Shown: positions 1-8,564 of the stretch, piece by piece | Position numbering within the stretch: position 1 is the stretch's first letter | Layout of the letters: every line of letters begins with the position of its first letter | NCBI GenBank assembly: GCA_964457265.1 | Contig: CAYWEI010000001.1 | Span: 1-43,238 of the forward strand | Length of the DNA: 43,238 bases | Source: an uncultured Candidatus Saccharibacteria bacterium | Lineage (GTDB): Bacteria; Patescibacteriota; Minisyncoccia; Phycocordibacterales; Phycocordibacteraceae | Direction of reading: 5' to 3' | The notes under the pieces: generated by a model | Told to the model about the DNA's origin: nothing | The model's input: only the letters and a program-made list of their open reading frames with translations | Databases searched by the model: none | Program-made: the position numbers and the translations under genes

Positions 1-1
1 A

Positions 2-2494
2 GATGCGCTTGCGAAATTTCAAGCATCAGTTGGTTTAGAAGCAGTGGGGCAAGTTGGGCCGAAGACACTCGCACTGTTGAATGGTTCGGCGGTCAACACG
101 ACAGCTTCTGCTATTTCAGAACGCCCGCTTTATCTAGGTACGCGCGGTGCGGATGTATCTGCGCTTCAGCAATTCCTGAAAGATAAAGGTTTCTATGCTT
201 ACCCGGAAATCACCGGTTACTATGGTCCCGTCACTGAAGCAGCGGTAAAAACGTTCCAGCTTGCAAACGGACTTGAAGCGGTTGGGTATGTCGGACCGCA
301 GACGCACGCGAAGATTACGGAAACAATCGGAACTTCCTCATCTTCAACAGAAGTAACAACGCCGACAACTCCAATTCGCCGCGGAGGAAGAGGGGGCGGC
401 GGAAGTTCACCCGATACCACTGCTCCGGTTATTTCGTCTGTTTCTTCGGGTACTCCGAGCGATACTGTCGCGACGATAACGTGGACAACGGACGAAAACG
501 CTGATTCGCAGGTGGAATACGGCGCTACTACTGCATACGGAGCAACAACCACGCTTGATACGACACTCGCAACCTCGCACAGCGTTTCTCTTACAGGTCT
601 TTCACAAACCACGACTTATCATTACCGTGTGCGCTCGGTAGATTCTTCGAGCAATGTCACGTACACAAGTGATCCCACATTTACGACGAGTGCGACACCT
701 GACACGACCGCCCCCGCCCTTTCTTCGATTTCCTCAGGCACTCCGAGTAACACGAGTGCCACAATCACTTGGACGACTGACGAGGCGGCCACATCTTTTG
801 TTGAGTACGGCGCTACAACTTCATATGGTTCCGCAACGACTTCTTCATCCTTAGTCACAAGCCATCAATTTGTTCTTACCGGCCTCACCGGCGAAACTTA
901 TCACTATCGCGTGCAGTCAACAGACAGCGCAGGCAACTCAACCACATCTGCTGACCAGACATTTACAATACCTTGGATGTCTATTAGCTCTATTCTCGAT
1001 CTGGATCTTGCGAATAGTAGGTATTGGTACAACAGTCAAACATATCCTAACCAAGCCTCTGCTCTAGCCGCTTTGGAAGGAACTACATCTGGAATAACCT
1101 GGACGATTAGCCCCAAAATAACTGGCGCCGAACTCATCGCGAATCCGACATTCGATATAGACATTGCCGGATGGTCGGTCAACACGGGCTATGAGGGCAA
1201 TACGGCTCTCAGTTGGGATGCGGGACGGATAAGGAACACTGTGCCTGGCACCGGCCAGTCGCGTTTCAATTCGCCGTGGGCTTCGGTTATCAGCAAGGCA
1301 TACTTGGTCGCCGCGAAGCTAGCCGAATCAACTCCTGATACGAACGGCACGTTCTTTGTGTTCAAGTCAGCTGGCGGCGGGACCAGTCAAGGCGGGGTGA
1401 ACTTCGGCAGCGAAGGCACGTCCGTCTCCGCTTACTTCGGCGGCGTTTCCACCGCAATGAACCTCTCCCCGGTCTCAAATATCAACTCTGCGCGCGTGGA
1501 GCACTACGATGACTTCAGTGTCAAGGAAGTGATACCTCTCATTGGTCATAATTATCTGGCCTTTGCGGGTACAGTTACGGGTACAACGCCAAGCGCTGTG
1601 AGCGGAAGCAAGGTTGTATTTCAGGCCGACGTCAACAGCGAGCGTGACCGCGTACAGCTAGTCTGGGATAGTTCAAAGCATCTTCGTCTTATTGTGACCT
1701 TCGAAAACACTGAACAAGCGAATCTTGACCTTGGTGTCGTAGAGGTATCGACTCCGTTCGAGGTGACATTTTCTAGCTCCGCGAATTCATTTAAAGCTAA
1801 TTTGAATGGAAGCGGAATCGTAAGTGATACCTCAGGAAGTCATCCAGGCCTAGCCTTCATACGCATCGGTAGATCATATACAGGAGAGACGTGGGATGGT
1901 GCGATCAGTAGAGTGACCTTGTTTGCCTCTGCCCTAACAGATACACAAATGGTTGATCCAGAAAAGGCCCTTATCGCATTTGGAGATAGTACTGCGGCCG
2001 CAAGCGGTGCATCGGGGAGTTCGGCCTATTGGTACAATGTTTTGGCGACTGGTTACAATCCGGACAAGTCAGTAACAAGTAGCGGAGTTGGCGGAGAAAG
2101 CTCGACACAAATGCTGGCCAGGGTAACATCTGATACCACTCATCGTGAATGGACGACCATTTTCATGGACTATCCAAACACCTGGGAATCATCGTCTACT
2201 TGGATTTCCAATATGAAGTCTGCAGTTGCCTTGCTCAGCACATCTAGATGGTTTGTCATGCCACCTGCTCAGGATGTTCCAAATACATCGAAGACTAATA
2301 TCGCGGAAGTGCAAGCACTTCTACTCAGCGATACATATTTCAGCGGACACACACTTGCAGCCACAGAACAGGCCGCTTATTTAGCAGCAGTCTCCGGAGC
2401 CGAAACGCGATCGGATGGGTTGCATTTTAACGATAGCGGGCAAGCCATACAGGCGAATTACATCAAGGCGTTTTTTGATGCTGCTGGGTGGTAG
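2..2494 (+). CDS. Large secreted/cell-surface modular protein, 5' end outside the window. Domains: two PG_binding_1-like, two FN3/purple-acid-phosphatase-N-like repeats, a ConA/laminin-G-like central region, and a C-terminal SGNH/GDSL-like hydrolase.
   Basis: The frame is open from base 2 (DALAKFQASVGLEAVGQVGPKTLALL), so the GTG at 44 is internal. A second PG-binding motif reads LQQFLKDKGFY..GYYGPVTEAAVKTFQ. Tandem ~96-aa repeats at nt 413-700 and 701-970 each carry ITWTTDE..VEYG..YHYRV. A GDS motif (IAFGDSTAAASG) and DGLHFND lie near the C-terminus. Confidence 0.8.
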   Translation, partial: DALAKFQASVGLEAVGQVGPKTLALLNGSAVNTTASAISERPLYLGTRGADVSALQQFLKDKGFYAYPEITGYYGPVTEAAVKTFQLANGLEAVGYVGPQTHAKITETIGTSSSSTEVTTPTTPIRRGGRGGGGSSPDTTAPVISSVSSGTPSDTVATITWTTDENADSQVEYGATTAYGATTTLDTTLATSHSVSLTGLSQTTTYHYRVRSVDSSSNVTYTSDPTFTTSATPDTTAPALSSISSGTPSNTSATITWTTDEAATSFVEYGATTSYGSATTSSSLVTSHQFVLTGLTGETYHYRVQSTDSAGNSTTSADQTFTIPWMSISSILDLDLANSRYWYNSQTYPNQASALAALEGTTSGITWTISPKITGAELIANPTFDIDIAGWSVNTGYEGNTALSWDAGRIRNTVPGTGQSRFNSPWASVISKAYLVAAKLAESTPDTNGTFFVFKSAGGGTSQGGVNFGSEGTSVSAYFGGVSTAMNLSPVSNINSARVEHYDDFSVKEVIPLIGHNYLAFAGTVTGTTPSAVSGSKVVFQADVNSERDRVQLVWDSSKHLRLIVTFENTEQANLDLGVVEVSTPFEVTFSSSANSFKANLNGSGIVSDTSGSHPGLAFIRIGRSYTGETWDGAISRVTLFASALTDTQMVDPEKALIAFGDSTAAASGASGSSAYWYNVLATGYNPDKSVTSSGVGGESSTQMLARVTSDTTHREWTTIFMDYPNTWESSSTWISNMKSAVALLSTSRWFVMPPAQDVPNTSKTNIAEVQALLLSDTYFSGHTLAATEQAAYLAAVSGAETRSDGLHFNDSGQAIQANYIKAFFDAAGW

Positions 2495-2729
2495 TGTTCA
2501 CCCCAATCCCATCCAATTTTCCCAATAACCCGGCACGGATTCCTTCTCTCCCGTGCAGGATTTTGAATTTCCGGAATGCATTTTACCCCCCTCCAAATTC
2601 AGAAATCAGGAAGACATTTCAGCCCGCCATAGTCCTCGTTTGGCGGGCTGGGCGAGTGCCGAGGCTCTGCGAGGCGCGAGATGGGCTAGTTGCTCTCAAA
2701 ATAAGTTCGAGCGAGGGTAAGTAATTCCT

Positions 2730-2773
2730 CACAAATGCAAAAACCGCCAACTCTGGCGGTTTTTGCATTTGTG
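2730..2773 (+). terminator. Perfect 20-bp stem, 4-nt loop hairpin. The inner core is AAAAACCGCCA-actc-TGGCGGTTTTT, which looks like a bidirectional intrinsic terminator.
   Basis: cacaaatgcaaaaaccgcca / actc / tggcggtttttgcatttgtg read directly. It lies between the surface-protein gene and the MFS gene. Confidence 0.5.
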
Positions 2774-2883
2774 ACCTCAAGCAAAGCTGGGAGCTTTGCG
2801 ACGGGGAATGATGCAGCGGAATACCCGGCGAGCCAGGACGTTCTGCGGGCAAGACAGGCGTATGATAGAGTCACTTTCACCGT

Positions 2884-4188
2884 ATGAAAATATTCTATTC
2901 TCTCCTGGCGAATACCGGGCTCGCATCCGTCACTAATTTCACGGTCTGGTTCGCGCTCACGTTCTTCGTCTTTCTCGAGACTGAGTCCGTATTCGCTACA
3001 GGCATGATCTCGGGAATATACCTGACCCTTACGATGCTCTCCGGCTTCTGGTTCGGGAGCCTCGTAGATCATCATCCTAAGAAGCTCATGATGATGCTTT
3101 CCAGCATCGCTTCGCTCGCGTTCTATGTCTCATGCTTCCTGCTCGTGCTCACCCAGCCGGACGGTTCATTCGGTGATGTAACGAATCCGTCCCTGTGGAT
3201 ACTTATCGTCCTTCTGCTCATGGGCGTCGTCGCAGGGAATATCCGCACCATCGCGCTGCCGACGCTCATTACAGCGCTGATTCCGGAAGAGAAACGCCCG
3301 AAGGCGAATGGTCTCGCCGGTATGGTGAGCGGCATATCATTCGGCGTAGTGTCGGTCATCAGCGCGTTCCTGGTCGCCTATGCAGGCATGTACGGCGTAT
3401 TGCTGTTCGCGATAGGGCTTACGATCCTCGCTATCATCCATCTGCTCTTCATTCCGGTCCCTGGAAAGCCGGTCGTTGCGGGCGAACCCGTCGAAGAGAA
3501 GAGGATCGATATCAAGGGTACGATTGCCGTCCTTGCCGGCATCCCGGGCATATTCGCGCTCATCTTCTTCACCACGTTCAATAATTTCCTTGGCGGCATA
3601 TTCATGGCACTCATGGATGCGTACGGTCTCTCGCTCGTATCGGTGCAGAACTGGGGGATTATTCTCGGCGTACTCAGCTTCTCCTTCATGCTCGGGGGCG
3701 CGGTAATCGCGAAGTGGGGACTCGGTAAGAATCCGCTACGCGCCATGATGATCGCGAACCTGGTCATCTGGTCCGTCTGCGCGCTGTTCACTATCCAGGC
3801 ATCGGTCGCGCTCCTCATCATCGGCATGTTCCTCTTCATGTGCGTAAGCCCGTTCATCGAGGCGGCCGAGCATACGGTTATCCAGAAGGTAGTCCCTGCG
3901 GAACGTCAGGGACGCGTGTTCGGTTTCGCGCAAAGCGTCGAGCAAGCGGCGTCGCCGGTGACCGCATTCATCATGGGGCCGCTCGCGCAATTCGTGTTCA
4001 TCCCGTTCATGACGGCAGGTGCCGGGGTCACGCTTATCGGTGACTGGTTCGGCACTGGCCCTGATCGCGGCATAGCACTCGTCTTCACTCTTGCGGGTGT
4101 CATCGGCATCATAGGAACGGCTCTCGCTTTCAACTCTTCCTTCTATGGGAAGCTTTCGGTCCGCTACCTCTCAGGACCCTCGGAGTAG
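2884..4188 (+). CDS. MFS transporter (DHA3/MFS_3-like, about 12 TM segments)
   Basis: 434-aa ORF, hydrophobic throughout. The N-terminus reads SVTNFTVWFALTFFVFLETESVFATG..GSLVDHHPKK, typical of enterobactin/macrolide-exporter-like MFS proteins. Confidence 0.8.
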   Translation: MKIFYSLLANTGLASVTNFTVWFALTFFVFLETESVFATGMISGIYLTLTMLSGFWFGSLVDHHPKKLMMMLSSIASLAFYVSCFLLVLTQPDGSFGDVTNPSLWILIVLLLMGVVAGNIRTIALPTLITALIPEEKRPKANGLAGMVSGISFGVVSVISAFLVAYAGMYGVLLFAIGLTILAIIHLLFIPVPGKPVVAGEPVEEKRIDIKGTIAVLAGIPGIFALIFFTTFNNFLGGIFMALMDAYGLSLVSVQNWGIILGVLSFSFMLGGAVIAKWGLGKNPLRAMMIANLVIWSVCALFTIQASVALLIIGMFLFMCVSPFIEAAEHTVIQKVVPAERQGRVFGFAQSVEQAASPVTAFIMGPLAQFVFIPFMTAGAGVTLIGDWFGTGPDRGIALVFTLAGVIGIIGTALAFNSSFYGKLSVRYLSGPSE

Positions 4189-4195
4189 GAAGAGG

Positions 4196-5023
4196 CTATC
4201 GGTACTGGCGCAGCCACATGCCCAGGGTGCCGAGGGGAAGATAGCGACCTATGCGGGTCCGTCGTATGGACAGGGCGAGCGCGCGGGTACCAAGCCTGGT
4301 CCCGATACGATCGGCGAGGGTGCGCATGTAAGCGCCGCTTCCGCAGCGAACGCGAAGGGTAAGAACGGTGAATGAACGTTTAGGTAGTGCCTCGAGCAAT
4401 TCATCCCATGCGGTGCGGATGACGTCCTGCCTGAAATCAGCCCCGAGTACTTTGGAGGGCTCCGTACTCCGCGGCGCGCGGGCGAGCAGCTCGTGGATGC
4501 GTTTTCCCATAGTCTCTCTCGAAAGATTCGAAATCGTCATTAAGCGTATCGAATGAATGGTCTCGTCATGCTCGGGAATCGCGATAGTATCGAGCGTTCC
4601 TTCTAGCGCGTATTGGAAGAGCGGCTTGCCATTCACGGTCTTCGATGAGAAGGCAGGATAGGGGACCGTCTTCGTGCCGGTTTCAGAACGAAGCACGCTG
4701 CGCAGCTGTCCGTTCGAGGGCGCGGCGTTCCTGTCTGCATATTCAGGCATACCGAGCACGTCGCCCGTATCGCTTGAGATATCCAGCAGCACTTCGATCC
4801 GGTATTCCTTATCAAGTGCGTGATAGGCCTTCTGCCGCTTGCACTCGTCCCCGAGGAGAACGAGAAGCTTGCCCTCGGCCATGGGATCAAGGCGGCCGGC
4901 GTAGCTGGCCGGAACGTTCGCGTGGTCAGGATTCCGAGCTTTCCAGGCCTCTATCGCCTGAAGCGGGGTCCGCCCGACTTCTTTCCAGAGAACGACGAGT
5001 TCTTTACGCCGCGTGCTCGCCAT
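4196..5023 (-). CDS. truB: TruB-family tRNA pseudouridine synthase
   Basis: Catalytic-Asp motif YAGRLDPMAEGKLLVLLG and an N-terminal GRTPLQAIE. The ATG at 5023 overlaps the upstream MFS stop by 20 nt. Confidence 0.7.
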   Translation of the reverse strand: MASTRRKELVVLWKEVGRTPLQAIEAWKARNPDHANVPASYAGRLDPMAEGKLLVLLGDECKRQKAYHALDKEYRIEVLLDISSDTGDVLGMPEYADRNAAPSNGQLRSVLRSETGTKTVPYPAFSSKTVNGKPLFQYALEGTLDTIAIPEHDETIHSIRLMTISNLSRETMGKRIHELLARAPRSTEPSKVLGADFRQDVIRTAWDELLEALPKRSFTVLTLRVRCGSGAYMRTLADRIGTRLGTRALALSIRRTRIGRYLPLGTLGMWLRQYR

Positions 5024-6263
5024 GACCAGTTATACGATTTGAGGTATCTCTAAGCAGGAATACGAAGGTAAGGAACGCGAGGAAGAGGAGCACGCTACCG
5101 GCAACGATAGGAGTCGAAGGAAGGAAGCTCGCCGCGAGGTAGCCACCAATCATCGGTGGGATAGTCTGAGCAAGTGCCTGCACGCTTGCGGCGATGCCGA
5201 GCACCTCGCCCTGTTTGCGCGGGTCTCCCGAGCGGCTTATGAGCCCATTAAGATTCGCCATGATAAGGCCCATGCAGACGGCCTGGGGAAGCGTGATCGC
5301 ATAGAGCATCCAGCTTGATTCGACGAGGACGAAACTTAAAACGGTGGCAGAAACGCCAAGGAGCGCCACCGAGATAATCGCGTAGGGCGAGAAACGCTTG
5401 CCGACGAATCCGGTCACGACTGCTTGCGTGAGCGCGATACACACGCCCACGAATGCGAAGTAGTCGCCGATGTTCCCTTGGGAGAAACCGAACTTGAAGA
5501 TCAGGTACGCACCGAAGAAGGTAGTGTAGAAGGTAAAGCCGCTATGGAAAAGAAAGGTCACGCTGAAGAGCTTGCGAAGCTTCGGCAGAGCGAATGCCTT
5601 CCCGATGTTCATGATTGACTGGAAGAAATGGAATGCGTGGTGGGTTTTTTCCTTCAGTGTCTCATTGAAGAGGAAAAGGACTGCGAGCATGTTGAGGAAC
5701 GCAAGGATTGCTGCGAACCAGAAGGGAGTCGCAGCATCGAACCAGGAGATAAGCGTCGGGTCGGAAAGCTTGCCGCCGAGGAACGGGCCGATAACAAAGC
5801 CCATACCGAACGCCGCTCCGATGATGCCGAAGCTCCGAGCGCGTTTTTCGGGTGTCGTCGAGTCAGCGATAGCTGCTTGAGCGACGCTGATGTTTCCGCC
5901 TGTAATGCCGTCGACCGCACGCGATATGAAGAGCAGTGGAATATTCTTCGTGATGATTGCTATCGCGAACACGACATACGAAAGCGAGGTGCCGAGCAAG
6001 GAGACGGCGAGCACCGGCTTGCGACCGACACGGTCAGAGAGCTGGCCTAGGAGCGGAGTCGCGATGAACTGCATCAGCGGGTAGATAGCGGTTAAGAAGC
6101 CAAGGAGTACGTAGCCCTCCGCTATCGTGAGCGAACTGAGATGATATGGGTAAGTCGGATCGGTGAGCAGGAGCGGAATCACCGGAATGAGAATACCGAT
6201 GCCGAGCACATCGACTAATACGATGCAAAACACTATGAAAAGGGGACTTTTGAATTTGTGCAT
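5004..6263 (-). CDS. MFS transporter, DHA1/TetA-like
   Basis: MFS motif A is present (GQLSDRVGRKPVL) with about 12 TM segments. The start is placed at MHKFKSPLF (ATG 6263) rather than the longer track ORF. Confidence 0.8.
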   Translation of the reverse strand: MHKFKSPLFIVFCIVLVDVLGIGILIPVIPLLLTDPTYPYHLSSLTIAEGYVLLGFLTAIYPLMQFIATPLLGQLSDRVGRKPVLAVSLLGTSLSYVVFAIAIITKNIPLLFISRAVDGITGGNISVAQAAIADSTTPEKRARSFGIIGAAFGMGFVIGPFLGGKLSDPTLISWFDAATPFWFAAILAFLNMLAVLFLFNETLKEKTHHAFHFFQSIMNIGKAFALPKLRKLFSVTFLFHSGFTFYTTFFGAYLIFKFGFSQGNIGDYFAFVGVCIALTQAVVTGFVGKRFSPYAIISVALLGVSATVLSFVLVESSWMLYAITLPQAVCMGLIMANLNGLISRSGDPRKQGEVLGIAASVQALAQTIPPMIGGYLAASFLPSTPIVAGSVLLFLAFLTFVFLLRDTSNRITGHGEHAA

Positions 6264-6359
6264 GATGTATTGATAGCACTGAGGGGAAGAGGAAATTGAA
6301 AACCGCTTCTCCGGACGAGTGAATGCCGGAGCAATCACTCGTCCATCGAAACGGTTATC

Positions 6360-6728
6360 TCAGTGCAGCGGACGCGATGCAGAGCATCGCGAAGGAACGA
6401 TCGATTCGACGGGACGCCGAATGATGTCGACATTGATTCCCAGATGCTCGTACACGAGTTGCGCGAACATCCAGGTCTCGTATTCGAGCGTAGTTCCTTT
6501 GCAGATGTAGTTGCGGAGTTCGCTGCTGCAGACTGTAGTCGAGATGACGAATTCGTGAGTCTTCGCGATCAGCTGGAGCTCTTGCTCGCTCGCCATGCGG
6601 AGAGCGAGAAGGCGTTCCTGCGTGATCATCGCGTGGCCTTGTCTCGTCAGGGCCAGGCGCAGGTTGTGAAGCCTGCTGCGATCCACTGGATCATCGTCTC
6701 GGATAATGAAGCCGTCAAACTTTAGCAT
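6360..6728 (-). CDS. Hypothetical protein (122 aa)
   Basis: The start MLKFDG is preceded by AGAGGT 7 nt upstream. The sequence looks like a real protein, unlike the R/D-rich antisense ORF 6363-6725. Confidence 0.5.
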   Translation of the reverse strand: MLKFDGFIIRDDDPVDRSRLHNLRLALTRQGHAMITQERLLALRMASEQELQLIAKTHEFVISTTVCSSELRNYICKGTTLEYETWMFAQLVYEHLGINVDIIRRPVESIVPSRCSASRPLH

Positions 6729-6823
6729 TCGGGGTACCTCTGAGCTTGAGTAAGCTCCTCGGGACACCCCACCATCGGTGAAAGGTCTATCGCCCTCCTA
6801 GGCGATTTATACCACAGAAACCC

Positions 6824-7282
6824 TTAAGAAAGAAGGGAATCTACCACTGCTTTCACCTCGCCTCCGTCAGCCTGTCCCTTTAGATCCTGCATGAGAGCGC
6901 CGATGAACCGGCCCATGTCCTTCTTCTCGGAAATGCCCATCGCTGCCATCTTCGCTTTGGCGAGCGTCTCGATTTCCTCGCGACTCATCTGTACGGGCAG
7001 GAATGTCTCGATGACGGCGAGTTCCTCTATCTCTGGAGCTGCGAGTTCGGGGCGGCCGCCATTCGTGAACTGCTCGATGGAGTCCTTGCGCTGGTTTGCC
7101 GCGCGCTTGAGCACGACGAGCGCATCCTCATCGCCGAGGAATTCGTCCGGCTTGCGCTTCTTGGCTACCACTTCGTTGGTCATGAGGGTGACGATAGAGC
7201 GGAGCGTGCGCAGGCGCACCTCGTCTTTAGCACGGAGCGCTTCTAGGATGCCTGCTTTAAGGTTTTCGTGGATCATGCTCAA
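6824..7282 (-). CDS. GatB/YqeY domain protein
   Basis: LKAGILEALRAKDEVRLRTLRSI...DMGRFIGALMQDLKGQADGGEVKAVV is the typical YqeY layout. Confidence 0.85.
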   Translation of the reverse strand: MSMIHENLKAGILEALRAKDEVRLRTLRSIVTLMTNEVVAKKRKPDEFLGDEDALVVLKRAANQRKDSIEQFTNGGRPELAAPEIEELAVIETFLPVQMSREEIETLAKAKMAAMGISEKKDMGRFIGALMQDLKGQADGGEVKAVVDSLLS

Positions 7283-7602
7283 AATCGTACCATCTTCTTC
7301 GGGCTATACGTAATCGGCTTTTCCTTCGGAGCCAGCTGATAGTTCTCATGGAGATAGATGAGATCTTTGCGCACCTCTTCGGCGAATGCCGCTTGCTGAG
7401 CGATCGTCTTTGCCATCTCAGAATCGGGAGCGCAGGATTCCGCGGTCTCTTTCAGGAAACCGACGACGGTCGCGAGGAAGGGGAAGTAATCGCCTTGCTC
7501 CAGATGGAACTTAAGCCGCTCAAGACGCGCATCATCACTCGCGTCATGAAGCAGCCAGAAACGTGATAAGCAGGATGCGTATTCTTTATCCATATATCTC
7601 AT
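7279..7602 (-). CDS. Hypothetical protein (107 aa)
   Basis: The ORF overlaps the downstream YqeY start by 4 nt and sits 2 nt downstream of radC, suggesting an operon. No motif recognised. Confidence 0.45.
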   Translation of the reverse strand: MRYMDKEYASCLSRFWLLHDASDDARLERLKFHLEQGDYFPFLATVVGFLKETAESCAPDSEMAKTIAQQAAFAEEVRKDLIYLHENYQLAPKEKPITYSPKKMVRF

Positions 7603-7604
7603 GC

Positions 7605-8354
7605 TCAGACGCGATAAGACGCGGGCACCGATGCATAACTGGCCTTCGTGACGATGACGTGATCGACGAGTTCTATGCCGAGCAGGGCGCCTGCCTCGAT
7701 CAGCTGCCTTGTCACGTCCACGTCCGCCTGGGACGCATCGGTCACTCCGGAGGGATGGTTGTGCACGAGTATGACCGCTGCAGCCGCGTATTCCAGTGCC
7801 GGGCGGAATACTTCCCGGGGATGCACCATGTTCGAATCGAGCGTCCCTATGGATATCACCTCATCGCGGATGACCTTGTAGTGCCCGTTGAGATAGAGGC
7901 CTCGCAGATGTTCCTTCGGGAGCGTGCGCATGTCGACGACGTATTCGAAGACATCCCGGGCGGTGCGGACGACGGGCGCGCCTGCTTCGTTCTTCGCGAA
8001 GAAACGCCGGCCCATCTCGCTCGCGGCTATTATCTGCATCGCTTTCCCTACAGGGATGCCTACTTCGCGGGCGAAGCGTTCAGGATCGGTCTCCTGCATC
8101 AGGTTCCTCTCGCCGTACTCGGTCATTATGCGGTGGGCCATGGCCAGCACGCCTTCTCGCGTAGTTCCGGTCGAAAGAAGCACGGCGAGCAGCTCAGGCG
8201 TGGAGAGCATGGAGGGACCTCCCGAAAGCAGCCGTTCGCGAGGACGTTCCTCGCAGGGCAGGTCATTGATGGTCAGGAAGTAAGTACGCTCGCCGTCGGC
8301 GAGCGTTAGTGGAGGGCGAGCGCGGGGGTACGGTGAGGAAGTGAGAGCAGTCAT
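7605..8354 (-). CDS. radC: RadC/JAB-domain protein (UPF0758)
   Basis: HhH-like ELLAVLLSTGT plus the JAMM motif HNHPSG..S.AD. Confidence 0.9.
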   Translation of the reverse strand: MTALTSSPYPRARPPLTLADGERTYFLTINDLPCEERPRERLLSGGPSMLSTPELLAVLLSTGTTREGVLAMAHRIMTEYGERNLMQETDPERFAREVGIPVGKAMQIIAASEMGRRFFAKNEAGAPVVRTARDVFEYVVDMRTLPKEHLRGLYLNGHYKVIRDEVISIGTLDSNMVHPREVFRPALEYAAAAVILVHNHPSGVTDASQADVDVTRQLIEAGALLGIELVDHVIVTKASYASVPASYRV

Positions 8355-8564
8355 ATATCCTCATACTACTGTGCGACGCCAGAGATTGCAGAAAAGAAAT
8401 CCCCAGAAGATTTTATCTTTTCTTTATCTTTTTTCTTCCTGCATTCCGGTCCTTATGGCTACGGCTGCATACCATTGCGGAATCCGGCCCAAGAAATAGC
8501 TGTTTTCCAGAGGAGAGGATCACTATCGGGTCGTCATCCCTGCTTGCTATACTTATGGACATAT

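Noticed and set aside
413-970. Tandem ~290-nt repeats in the first gene considered as DGR template/variable repeats
   Set aside because: They are adjacent in-frame domain duplications. The differences are not adenine-specific, and no reverse transcriptase is present in the window.
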